A stretch of DNA of 64,000 nt. Origin: Candidatus Binatia bacterium (GTDB taxonomy: Bacteria; Desulfobacterota; Binatia; DP-6). Where the stretch lies: contig DASYLJ010000090.1 of the NCBI GenBank assembly GCA_036009625.1, positions 4,590 through 68,589 of the forward strand. The letters are read 5' to 3'. The position numbers were made by a program, and so were the translations under genes. Shown piece by piece: positions 19,720 through 28,052 of the stretch. The notes beneath the pieces are model-generated. The model was not told the origin of the DNA, ran no database searches, and saw only the letters and a list, made by a program, of their open reading frames with translations. How positions within the stretch are numbered: position 1 is the first letter of the stretch; every line of letters starts with the position of its first letter.

Positions 19720-20892
19720 TCAGCGGGACTTCGGCATGCCGAGGCCGCCCATCGCGATGATGTCGCGCTGGATCTCGTTGGTGCCGGCGCCAAAGGTCAT
19801 GATGAGAATGGCGCGATACATGCGTTCGAGACGGCCCTGCAGCCGCGCCTCGGGCGATCCGGCCTTCACCGCACCGGCCTGCCCGAGAATCTCGAGCAAC
19901 AGGCGGTAGGCCTCGACGTAGAACTCGCTGCCGAACACCTTCACGGTGGACGACTCGGCGTAGTTCATCTCGCCGCGGCTCATGCTCCACGCCTGACGCC
20001 AGTTGAGGAGCTTCAGCACCTCGAGCTTGGCGTGCACGTGGGCCAGGTTGCGCTGCACCCAGTGCTGGTCGATGACGCGCTGTCCGTTCGGCAGCTTCGT
20101 CGCCGCCGCCCAGTCGCGCGTCTCCTGGTAGTAGCGATCCGTCGGGCCGTACGGGATCAGCGACACGCGCTCGTGGTTCAGCTGGCCCACGATGAGCCAC
20201 CAGCCGCCGTTCTCGGGGCCGATCAGGTGATCGGCGGGGACGCGCACGTCCTCGAAGAAGGTGGCGTTGGTGGTGACGTCGCCCATCGTCGGCAGCGGCG
20301 AGATCTTGTAGCCCGGTGACGACGTCGGGACCATGAAGATCGAGATGCCGTCGTGCTTCTTGGCGGTGGGATCGGTGCGTGCCGCGAGCCAGATGAAGTC
20401 GGCGTACTGCGCCTGGCTGGTGTAGAGCTTGGCGCCGTTGATGACCCACTGATCGCCGTCACGAACGGCGCGCGTGCGCAGCGACGCCAGGTCGGTGCCG
20501 GCACCCGCCTCGGTGTAACCGATTGCGAAGTGGACGTCGCCGTGGAGCGCTTTCGGCAGGAAGCGCTGCTTCTGCTCCTCGGTGCCGTACTGCATGAGCA
20601 TCGGGCTCACCGACATGATGGTGAGCGTCGGCAGCACGATGTTCGCGCGCCACGCCTCGTCGAAGAAGATGAACTGTTCGATCGGCGTGCGACCCTGGCC
20701 GCCGTATTCTTTGGGCCAGCCCACGCCGAGCCACCCGTCGGCGCCCATCTTCTTGAGCGCCTTCATGTACTCCGGCCCGCCGCCCTCGGTGACGGCGATC
20801 TCGGCCTCGTACGCGGGCGTCACGATGCCGCGAAAATATTCGCGAATCTGGTCGCGGAGCGCCTTGTGCTCCGGGAGGAGATCGATGTGCAT
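19720..20892 (-). CDS. acyl-CoA dehydrogenase family protein
   Basis: MHIDLLPEHKALRDQIREYF...GYTEAGAGTDLASL...FGAGTNEIQRDIIA. Lies directly upstream of the second ACAD gene. Confidence 0.85.
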   Translation of the reverse strand: MHIDLLPEHKALRDQIREYFRGIVTPAYEAEIAVTEGGGPEYMKALKKMGADGWLGVGWPKEYGGQGRTPIEQFIFFDEAWRANIVLPTLTIMSVSPMLMQYGTEEQKQRFLPKALHGDVHFAIGYTEAGAGTDLASLRTRAVRDGDQWVINGAKLYTSQAQYADFIWLAARTDPTAKKHDGISIFMVPTSSPGYKISPLPTMGDVTTNATFFEDVRVPADHLIGPENGGWWLIVGQLNHERVSLIPYGPTDRYYQETRDWAAATKLPNGQRVIDQHWVQRNLAHVHAKLEVLKLLNWRQAWSMSRGEMNYAESSTVKVFGSEFYVEAYRLLLEILGQAGAVKAGSPEARLQGRLERMYRAILIMTFGAGTNEIQRDIIAMGGLGMPKSR

Positions 20893-20958
20893 GCGGCGGA
20901 GTGATACGCGGTCGCGGGCGCGACAGTCAAACGACCGTTTGGGGGCGCCGGAGCGTGC

Positions 20959-22119
20959 TCAGAGCAGTCGTCTGGAGGCGAGATCGGCGCCTTCGCGCAG
21001 CGCTTTCAGCTTGGCCCACACCACTTCCTCGGCGACTTCGCCGAGGCCGGCGGCAGTGGCGAAGCCGCAGTCGGTGCCGGCGATCACACGACGCGGGTCG
21101 CCGATCGCCTGCGCGGCGCGCTCGAGGCGGTCGGCAACCACTTCGGGATGCTCGACGTAGTTCGTGGTGGTGTCGATCACGCCCGCGATCAGCAGCCAGC
21201 TCGCCGGCAGTGGGTGCTTCGCGATGGTGCGCCACTCGTGCTCGTGACGCGGGTTCGCCATCGACAGCACGACGCCGCCGACGCGCGCGTGCACGAGGTG
21301 CGGCAGCAGGATGTCGAGCGGCACGTCGCAGTCGTGCGGCCCCTCGTAGTTGCCCCAGCACACGTGCAGCCGGACGCGATCGGGCGGGATGCGCGCCAGC
21401 GCGCGGTTCATCGCACGGATCACGAGGTCGACGAAGGTGAGGAAGTCCTCGATGGGACGGTCGGCGAACAACGTGTGCCGTTCCATCGCCAGGTCGGGGC
21501 AGTCGATCTGCAGGATGAAACCCTGCGCGACGATGGCGGCGTACTCGTGCCGCAGCGCCTCGGCCAGCGCCACGACGTATTCCTCGAACGTCGGGTAGTG
21601 CGCGTTCTCCATCGCGCACGCGACGATGCCCGGCGACGGCGCGGTCATGAACGACTCGGAGAACGACCGCCCGACGTCGGCCAGCACGCGGCGGTAGACG
21701 TCGGCGTCGCGCTCGACGGCCGTCGGATCGGTATAGTGCACGGGGCCGGTCGCACGCGGCGCGCGCATCAGGCTCACCATGTCGCGCGCGAAGTCGGGCA
21801 GTCGCTGCGTCAGGAACGTCGGGTAGCGCACGATGTCGCGCATGATGGGACGGCTGCTCTCGCCGGCGAAGCCACTCATGCGGTGCTGCAGGTAGGTGAA
21901 GAAGCTCTCGCGCGGATGCTCGCCGTCGTTGCCGACGTCGATGCCGGCGTCGAGCTGGCTCTCGACGACGCGGCGCGTGGAGGCCGCGATGGCGGCGGCC
22001 AGCTCGGCGGCGTCGACCGGCTCGTTCCGGCTGCGGCGCACGAAGAGTGCATTCAGCTCCGGCGAGCGTGGCAGGCTGCCGGCGTGGGTGGTCAGGATGC
22101 GCGACGTGCTGGCGAGCAT
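20959..22119 (-). CDS. cobalamin-independent methionine synthase (MetE C-terminal domain)-like family protein
   Basis: THAGSLPRS...QIDCPDLA...HVCWGNYEG...TDCGF is the Zn-ligand pattern of the MetE-like / UROD-like family. Confidence 0.65.
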   Translation of the reverse strand: MLASTSRILTTHAGSLPRSPELNALFVRRSRNEPVDAAELAAAIAASTRRVVESQLDAGIDVGNDGEHPRESFFTYLQHRMSGFAGESSRPIMRDIVRYPTFLTQRLPDFARDMVSLMRAPRATGPVHYTDPTAVERDADVYRRVLADVGRSFSESFMTAPSPGIVACAMENAHYPTFEEYVVALAEALRHEYAAIVAQGFILQIDCPDLAMERHTLFADRPIEDFLTFVDLVIRAMNRALARIPPDRVRLHVCWGNYEGPHDCDVPLDILLPHLVHARVGGVVLSMANPRHEHEWRTIAKHPLPASWLLIAGVIDTTTNYVEHPEVVADRLERAAQAIGDPRRVIAGTDCGFATAAGLGEVAEEVVWAKLKALREGADLASRRLL

Positions 22120-22168
22120 GGGGGTGCTTTACGCCCGTCCGTTCCCCCTGACCAGTGCGTCCTCCAGG

Positions 22169-23854
22169 TCAGCGCGTGAGCAGCATGCAGCCGGCCACCG
22201 GTCCACCGCCGTTCGCGACCACGGCGACCTCGCAATCGGGTACCTGCCGCGCGCCGCACTCGCCACGCAGCTGACGGATGGCCTCGGCGAGGAATCCGAA
22301 CCCATGCAGACGCCCGCCCGAGAGCTGGCCACCCCACGTGTTCGACGGCAGGGCGCCACCCAGCTCGAGGCGACCGCCCTCGACGAACGGCCCGCTCTCG
22401 CCGCGGCCACAGAAGCCGAGCGCTTCGAGCCACGACAGCGTCAGGAAGCTGAAGCCGTCGTAGAGCTGCGCGGTGTCGACGTCGGCGGGCGTCAGGTCGG
22501 TGCGCGACCACAGCTGCGCGCCGGCGTCGCGCGACGACATGGACGTGAGATCCTCCCACTGGTCCCAGCTCGGACGCGAGCGCATCGCCGTGCCGACCGC
22601 GTTCACGTGCACCGCCGGCTTCGGCAGATCGCGCGCGACGTCACGATGCGACACGATGACCGCCGTCGAGCCGTCGCACGGGGCGTCGCAGTCGTAGAGG
22701 CTGAAGGGCCAGCTCACCATGCGCACCGCGAGGTAGTCGTCGAGCGTCATCGGCTCGCGATAGACCGCATCGGGATTCAGCGCCGCGTGCTTGCGCCCCG
22801 CCAACGCCACCGCCCCGAGGTGCTCGCGGCGCGTGCCGAACTCGTGCATGTGGCGCACGCAGTTCATCGCCAGCCAGTTCGCCGCCGACATCGCGCCGTA
22901 CGGGATGAGGTAGGCGCCGAACCCGCCGATCTCGCGCGACCCGGCGCCGATGCCACGCCGTCCGTGGCCAGCCGCGGCCGACGCCTCGCTCACGGTGCGA
23001 TAGACGAGGACGTGCCGCGCCAGCCCCGCCGCCACCGCGAGGGACGCCGCGATCACGGGCGCGATCTGCGCCGCCCCCTCCGGCCCCGCCTGATGCCAGC
23101 TCACCGACAGGCCGAGCGCGTCCTGCACGTCGACGATGCTCGGTCCCGAGAACCCTGGTGGTGCGCCGCCCATGAACCCTGGGTAGGAGGCGATGCCGTC
23201 GATGTCGTCGGGCGTGAGCCCGGCGTCGGCGATGGCGCGCAGCGCCGCCTCGGCGGTGAGGTCCATGTCGGTGCGGAAGAGCCTCCGGCCGATCTGCGAC
23301 TGCCCGACACCCGACAGGATCGCTCGTCGCTCCAGGCGTTCCTCGGGCAGGATGTGTCGCGGCGGCCGCGACAGCACGACGTCGGTGTCGGTGGCCTTGG
23401 GCGGGGTTGCCGGCGTCGTACGCAACGCGGCGGCGTCGCGCGGCGCCGGGTCGGGCTCGAACATCGGCAGCGAGATCTCGTCGTTGACCTTCTGGAAGAC
23501 GACGCGCACCGGCATGCCGATCTGCACCGCGTCGACGGCACAGCCGACGATGTTCGTCATGAGGCGCAGGTTCGGCTGCTCGACCAGCTCGACGATGGCG
23601 ATGACGTACGGCACTTCCAGCCCCGGCATCCAGCGCTGGTGGTTCACCGTGTACGTCGCCACGGTGGCGAGTCCCGACAGGTCCTCGGGTGCGACGTCGC
23701 GGCTGCGACAGCGCGAGCACACCGGTCGTGACGGATGGATGATCCAGCGACACGCGCGACAGCGCGTCATCGCGAGGCGTCCCTCGCGACACGCCGTCCA
23801 GTAGGCTTCGCTGTCGGGCTCGATGGCGGGGAGCGGGGCGAAGGGATGGTCCAT
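22169..23854 (-). CDS. fusion protein: N-terminal DUF35 (Zn-ribbon + OB fold) and C-terminal thiolase-like (SCP-x/Ltp type) domain
   Basis: ATG at 23854. Zn ribbon CRACRWIIHPSRPVCSRCRS. OB fold GLATVATYTVNHQ...VIAIVEL. After a Pro/Ala linker comes a thiolase-like domain (ILSGVGQSQIGRR...). I see no obvious nucleophile Cys. Confidence 0.65.
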   Translation of the reverse strand: MDHPFAPLPAIEPDSEAYWTACREGRLAMTRCRACRWIIHPSRPVCSRCRSRDVAPEDLSGLATVATYTVNHQRWMPGLEVPYVIAIVELVEQPNLRLMTNIVGCAVDAVQIGMPVRVVFQKVNDEISLPMFEPDPAPRDAAALRTTPATPPKATDTDVVLSRPPRHILPEERLERRAILSGVGQSQIGRRLFRTDMDLTAEAALRAIADAGLTPDDIDGIASYPGFMGGAPPGFSGPSIVDVQDALGLSVSWHQAGPEGAAQIAPVIAASLAVAAGLARHVLVYRTVSEASAAAGHGRRGIGAGSREIGGFGAYLIPYGAMSAANWLAMNCVRHMHEFGTRREHLGAVALAGRKHAALNPDAVYREPMTLDDYLAVRMVSWPFSLYDCDAPCDGSTAVIVSHRDVARDLPKPAVHVNAVGTAMRSRPSWDQWEDLTSMSSRDAGAQLWSRTDLTPADVDTAQLYDGFSFLTLSWLEALGFCGRGESGPFVEGGRLELGGALPSNTWGGQLSGGRLHGFGFLAEAIRQLRGECGARQVPDCEVAVVANGGGPVAGCMLLTR

Positions 23855-23899
23855 GGCGACGCGGTTATTCCGCGCCTGGCGCGCTCCGCGCAACCTCGC

Positions 23900-26143
23900 T
23901 CAGGATCGCCCCTCGGAGCGCGTCACCAGGCTGGCGACGACCACCGCGAGCTCGGCGGGCTCGACCGGCTTCGGCACGTGCATGTCGTAGCCCGCGGTGA
24001 GCGCCTGCATACGGTCCTCGACGCGCGCATAGGCGGTGAGCGCGACGGCCGGGATCTGCCCACCCGCAACGACCTCGCGCGCGCGGACGCGCTTGATGAG
24101 CTCGTAGCCGTCCTCCTCCGGCATGCCGATGTCGGAGACGATGATGTCCGGCGTGGCCTCGTCGAGCGCGGCGATCGCTTCGGCCACCGAGGCGCAGGTG
24201 TGGACGACGGCGCCGCAGTCCTCGAGCACCGCGGCGATCAGCCGTCGCGCATCGGCATCGTCGTCCACCGCGAGCACGCGGACCCCGTTCAGCGACGGCG
24301 GGCAGTCGAACGGCACCGCGCCGCTCACCACCGGATGCACCCGCTCGGGCGCCGTCAGGTCGGACGGCGCCGTCTTGCGAACGACCATGACCGGTAATTT
24401 CACCGTCACGATGGCACCGGCACGATCGGCACGATTGTGCGCCTCGACGGTGCCGCCGTGCAGCTCGACCAGGTGCCGCACGATGGCGAGCCCGAGCCCG
24501 AGGCCACCGTGCTTGCGGCTGATGGCCCCGTCCGCCTGCCGGAAGCGCTCGAACATGTGCGGCAGGAAGTCCTCGTCGATGCCCGGCCCGGTATCGCTGA
24601 CGGTGAGCTCGACGTGCGAGTTCACGCGCTCGAGCTGAATGCACACGGTCCCCTGCTTCGGGGTGAACTTGATGGCGTTCGAGAGCAGATTCCAGACGAT
24701 CTGCTGCAGGCGGACGGCGTCTCCGAGCACCACGCCGGCGCCGAAGTCGAGCACGACCTGGACGCGAATGTCCTTCGCCTCGGCGGCGGGACGCGAGGTG
24801 TCGACCGCCGCGCCGACCGTCGTCGTCAGGTCGACGGGCTGCGCGTCGAGCCGCAGCTTGCCCGAGATGATGCGCGACACGTCCAGCATGTCGTCGATCA
24901 GATGCCCCTGGAGCTTGGCGTTGCGGTCGATGGTCTCGACGGCGCGGCCGATGGCGGTGGGGTCGAGGCGGCCGGCACCGAGGAGCCGCGTCCACCCCAG
25001 GATGGCGTTCAGCGGCGTCCGCAGCTCGTGCGACAGCATGCCGAGGAACTCGTCCTTGGCCCGACTCGCGACTTCGAGGTCGTGCCGCGCCGCCTGCTCG
25101 CGCGCCAGCAGCCCTTCGCGTTCCTCGAGCGCCTGACGGGCGCGCTGATAGAGCCGCGCGTTGTCCATCGCGATGGCCGTCTGCGCAGCGAGCCCCTCGA
25201 CGATGCGCTCGTGGCGCTCCGTGAACATCCCCGGCGAGGCGTGGCCGAAGAACAGCCCGCCGATGACCTCGCCCGAGCGCGAGATCACCGAGGCCGCCAG
25301 GTAGCTGCACACCGGCAGATGCCCCGCCGGCATGCCGTGGAAGGGCGCGCTGTGGCCATAGCGCGCGTCCTTGCGCACGTCTGCGATGCGGATGGTGGCC
25401 TCGCCGCGGAACGTCGGACCGAAGAGCTGCGTCGCGCGTGGCATGGGCATGTGCGCGAACGCCTCGCGCGACACGCCCGAGAGCGAGAACAGCATGTACG
25501 ACCCGCCCTGGTCGTCGAGCACGTTGTAGAAGAACGAGCCGAACTCGGCGCCGGTGAGCTCGGTGGCGGCGTCGGTGACGGCCTGGACGAGCTTGTCCTG
25601 TGCGAGCTCGGCGGACAGCAGCTGGCCGATGCGGTTGATGGTCTCGACGACCTCGGTCTGCTCGCGCAGGCGTGCCTCGGTGCGCTGGCGCTCGATGCCG
25701 AGCGCGATGCCCTGCGCGGCAGCGACGAGCCCAGAGCGCGTCGCCGCACCGAGGGCCCGGCGCGGCACGAACGCCAGCACGCCCACGAGGACGTCACCCA
25801 CGGCCAGCGGGTACGCGCTCTCGCTGCCGGGGGCGCCGTGGTGCGGATGCCGCTCGGCGGCCACGCGTCCGACGATGCCCTCGCCGACGATCACACGGCG
25901 CGACCCGCCGACGTCCACGCCGGCACCGGCTCCGACGACCAGCGCACCACCGGCATCGTCGAGCAACCAGATGTGGGCCGCGGCGGCGTCGAGCCGCGCG
26001 ACGAGGACGTCGCAGCAGTCCCGCAGTGTCGGATCGAGCGGGCGACCCTGGACGAGGAGATCGCCGAGGTCGCCGATCAGCGCGCCGAGCCGATCACGTT
26101 CGGCGAGCGCGGCGGCGAGGTCGTGCGGGTCGTCGCCGGCCAT
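23900..26143 (-). CDS. hybrid sensor histidine kinase / response regulator with tandem GAF domains
   Basis: Two GAF-like regions, H-box FLGMLSHELRTPLNAILGW, ATPase boxes (SNAIKFT, DTGPGI, GGLGLGLAIV) and a C-terminal receiver domain (VLAVDDDADARRL...SDIGMPEEDGYELI...LTAYA...KP). Confidence 0.85.
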   Translation of the reverse strand: MAGDDPHDLAAALAERDRLGALIGDLGDLLVQGRPLDPTLRDCCDVLVARLDAAAAHIWLLDDAGGALVVGAGAGVDVGGSRRVIVGEGIVGRVAAERHPHHGAPGSESAYPLAVGDVLVGVLAFVPRRALGAATRSGLVAAAQGIALGIERQRTEARLREQTEVVETINRIGQLLSAELAQDKLVQAVTDAATELTGAEFGSFFYNVLDDQGGSYMLFSLSGVSREAFAHMPMPRATQLFGPTFRGEATIRIADVRKDARYGHSAPFHGMPAGHLPVCSYLAASVISRSGEVIGGLFFGHASPGMFTERHERIVEGLAAQTAIAMDNARLYQRARQALEEREGLLAREQAARHDLEVASRAKDEFLGMLSHELRTPLNAILGWTRLLGAGRLDPTAIGRAVETIDRNAKLQGHLIDDMLDVSRIISGKLRLDAQPVDLTTTVGAAVDTSRPAAEAKDIRVQVVLDFGAGVVLGDAVRLQQIVWNLLSNAIKFTPKQGTVCIQLERVNSHVELTVSDTGPGIDEDFLPHMFERFRQADGAISRKHGGLGLGLAIVRHLVELHGGTVEAHNRADRAGAIVTVKLPVMVVRKTAPSDLTAPERVHPVVSGAVPFDCPPSLNGVRVLAVDDDADARRLIAAVLEDCGAVVHTCASVAEAIAALDEATPDIIVSDIGMPEEDGYELIKRVRAREVVAGGQIPAVALTAYARVEDRMQALTAGYDMHVPKPVEPAELAVVVASLVTRSEGRS

Positions 26144-26192
26144 GCGTCGGCACCCTCGCCCGGGAATCGATCGCCGTCAATCTCCAATCGCA

Positions 26193-26465
26193 TCACTGCG
26201 ATCCGGCGTACTTCGTGATGTACGCCATCACCGCCTGCTCCTCGTCGGGCGAGAGCCATGGGATGCCGCGCTGATCGAACAACGCGTGCATACGCCCGAT
26301 CTGGAACTTCCACATTTCGATCGTCATCGAGCTCGGCGCGTATACGCGATGACAGCCGCCGCAGCGCTGGGCCAGGACGATCGCGCCCGGATTGCCGCGA
26401 TCAGGCAGATCGGCGCTGCATGCCGCGAGCGACATCGCAGCCAGCAGGACCAGCCAGCGTCTCAG
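26193..26465 (-). CDS. small monoheme c-type cytochrome-like lipoprotein
   Basis: CGGCH haem-binding motif. The ORF track starts it at the ATG at 26435 (MSLAACS). The same frame upstream reads VVLRRWLVLLAAMSLAACS, a complete lipoprotein signal with lipobox. That implies a non-ATG start, probably the CTG at 26465..26463, which overlaps the queD TGA. Confidence 0.5.
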   Translation of the reverse strand: MRRWLVLLAAMSLAACSADLPDRGNPGAIVLAQRCGGCHRVYAPSSMTIEMWKFQIGRMHALFDQRGIPWLSPDEEQAVMAYITKYAGSQ

Positions 26466-26959
26466 AACGACTCCCGGCAGTACGCCGCCTGGCCGGGCGC
26501 CTCGGCCACCCCGACCTCGACCGCCACCAGCGTGCGTTCCCCCGCGACGCCGCGCAGTGCGGTGCGCAGGCGTCCGAGCAGATACGACGCGAGCTCCTCG
26601 GCCGAGCTGTGGACGATGGGGAGCACCGCGCAGTCGCCCGCCGGGAACGCGAAACGATCGCCCTCGGCCGTGATCATGGTGACGACCCCGTCCTGCGTGG
26701 CGACGGTCAGGCAGTCACTCGCCTGTGGCACGATGGTACGCTCGTCGAGCTCGTCGCAGAGCTGCTTGGCGAGCCGCTTCACCACGCCGAAGTCGAGCAC
26801 GTAGCCATCGGGGCCGAGGTCGGCCTCGACCCGTACCGACACCTGGTAGTTGTGACCGTGGAGCGGCTCGCGAAAGCCGGGATAGGCGATGAAGTGCGCC
26901 GCCGAGAACTTGAGGTACTCCTTCGCGACGACGACGCTGTAGCGCTGCGGACCGGGCAT
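26462..26959 (-). CDS. queD: 6-carboxytetrahydropterin synthase / 6-pyruvoyl-tetrahydropterin synthase family protein
   Basis: FSAAHF...PLHGHNY Zn-binding His motif, DFG and SSAEELA, all typical of the PTPS/QueD family. Confidence 0.8.
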   Translation of the reverse strand: MPGPQRYSVVVAKEYLKFSAAHFIAYPGFREPLHGHNYQVSVRVEADLGPDGYVLDFGVVKRLAKQLCDELDERTIVPQASDCLTVATQDGVVTMITAEGDRFAFPAGDCAVLPIVHSSAEELASYLLGRLRTALRGVAGERTLVAVEVGVAEAPGQAAYCRESF

Positions 26960-26967
26960 CGCCCCGC

Positions 26968-26996
26968 CTTAGACCGGCCGCCGTGCGGGCTGTCAA
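26968..26996 (-). promoter_or_regulatory. possible sigma70-type promoter for queD (TTGACA-17 nt-TCTAAG), implying a near-leaderless transcript
   Basis: The minus strand reads TTGACA (26996..26991), a 17-nt spacer, then TCTAAG (26973..26968). The queD ATG lies 9 nt downstream. The -10 element is weak. Confidence 0.25.
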
Positions 26997-27072
26997 TGCT
27001 CGGCGCGGGTCGGGATCACCCCCGACACGACGATGGACACCCGACCTGGTTCGCTGCGCCCGGCGGATTCGA

Positions 27073-27081
27073 ATCACTACG
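27073..27081 (+). repeat. 9-bp direct repeat ATCACTACG, left copy, flanking the low-GC segment
   Basis: Identical 9-mer at 27073-27081 and 28001-28009. It is AT-rich relative to the host sequence. Confidence 0.4.
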
Positions 27082-27203
27082 TGGAGTAACGCCCGCTTCC
27101 CGGGGACACTCAACTCAGCCGGCACAACAGAAACCAAGACTACCGTCCAGCGAACCGCTTCCCTTGACTGCCCAAGTCGGCTCACGGTAGCACGCAGGCA
27201 CCG

Positions 27204-27992
27204 ATGCACTTGCCCAACGGCTCCCTTCCCTCGCGCGCACCGACCTCGCCACAACTGATCCCCTCGATTGAGGACGGCCGTTTCCAACCGAGCTTCACGA
27301 GGTTCATCGAGACAGTGCTGACGGTGCTCGCCCTCGCAGTCGTTCCTGCCTGTGGCACCGCACCGTTGGCCCCAGGTCTTGGACCGATTGGCGTTGTGCC
27401 TTTCTCCACCGATCCGAGCGCACTGGCGATCAGTCGCTACGAGGGCGACACGGCACAGCTCGGGTCTCTGCTCGCCACCCAAGCGGTCACGTTCTTGAAG
27501 CGGAGGGATCGCGATGCCCAAGTCGCGCCGCAGGATAGCCCAATCGATAGCGGCACTATCGTTTCCGGGCGAATCACGAGACTGGACGGCGGAAATCGAG
27601 CTCTACGCGCCCTTGTCGGCTTCGGAGCGGGCGGTTCGACTTGCGCGGCTGATGGCACCGTCAGTCGCGCCGACGGAACTCGAATTGGGACATTCGCCCT
27701 CGAGAGGAAGCGCAAAGGTACCGGATTCTTCTGGGTTCGGTTCGGAGAGAGTGCGGAGCTTCAGCTCCAGAAATGTGTTGAAAGCCTGGGAAACGGCATC
27801 GGCCAACTCGTCGACCAAGGGAAGTGGACACCTGCGCCGGCAGCAGTTTCACCGACGCTCAGTCAGCCTGCACCGCCATCACAACGAACTACCCAGGACA
27901 GGCTGGTGGAGCTGGATGAGCTGAAGTCACGTGGTCTGATCACCGACCGTGAGTATGAGGAGAAGCGCAAGCGAATCCTCGAGGAGTTCTGA
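27204..27992 (+). CDS. lipoprotein with a C-terminal SHOCT domain (central part DUF4410-like)
   Basis: Lipobox LALAVVPAC. C-terminal RLVELDELKSRGLITDREYEEKRKRILEEF is a SHOCT-type helix pair. GC content and third-position GC are clearly lower than in neighbouring genes. The start is uncertain: the ATG at 27204 puts 50 aa before the lipobox Cys, and the in-frame GTG at 27315 is an alternative. Confidence 0.6.
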   Translation: MHLPNGSLPSRAPTSPQLIPSIEDGRFQPSFTRFIETVLTVLALAVVPACGTAPLAPGLGPIGVVPFSTDPSALAISRYEGDTAQLGSLLATQAVTFLKRRDRDAQVAPQDSPIDSGTIVSGRITRLDGGNRALRALVGFGAGGSTCAADGTVSRADGTRIGTFALERKRKGTGFFWVRFGESAELQLQKCVESLGNGIGQLVDQGKWTPAPAAVSPTLSQPAPPSQRTTQDRLVELDELKSRGLITDREYEEKRKRILEEF

Positions 27993-28000
27993 AGCTCTCC

Positions 28001-28009
28001 ATCACTACG
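28001..28009 (+). repeat. 9-bp direct repeat ATCACTACG, right copy
   Basis: Lies 8 nt after the TGA of the SHOCT lipoprotein gene. Identical to 27073-27081. Confidence 0.4.
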
Positions 28010-28052
28010 CTCGACAAGCCGTTCCTCACGTCCGCCGAAGCCGCGCGACTAG

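Noticed and set aside
27054-27073. tRNA-like 3' fragment on the minus strand (TTCGAATCCGCCGGGCGCAG, i.e. T-loop, T-stem and acceptor-like), directly abutting the left 9-bp repeat. I considered it as an att-site remnant.
   Set aside because: No complementary T-stem or acceptor 5' strand, D-arm or anticodon arm can be found upstream, even after conceptually excising the insert. The TTCGAATCC 9-mer is expected by chance about once in two 64-kb windows when both strands are counted, and the rest is simply GC-rich. The evidence is too weak to call.
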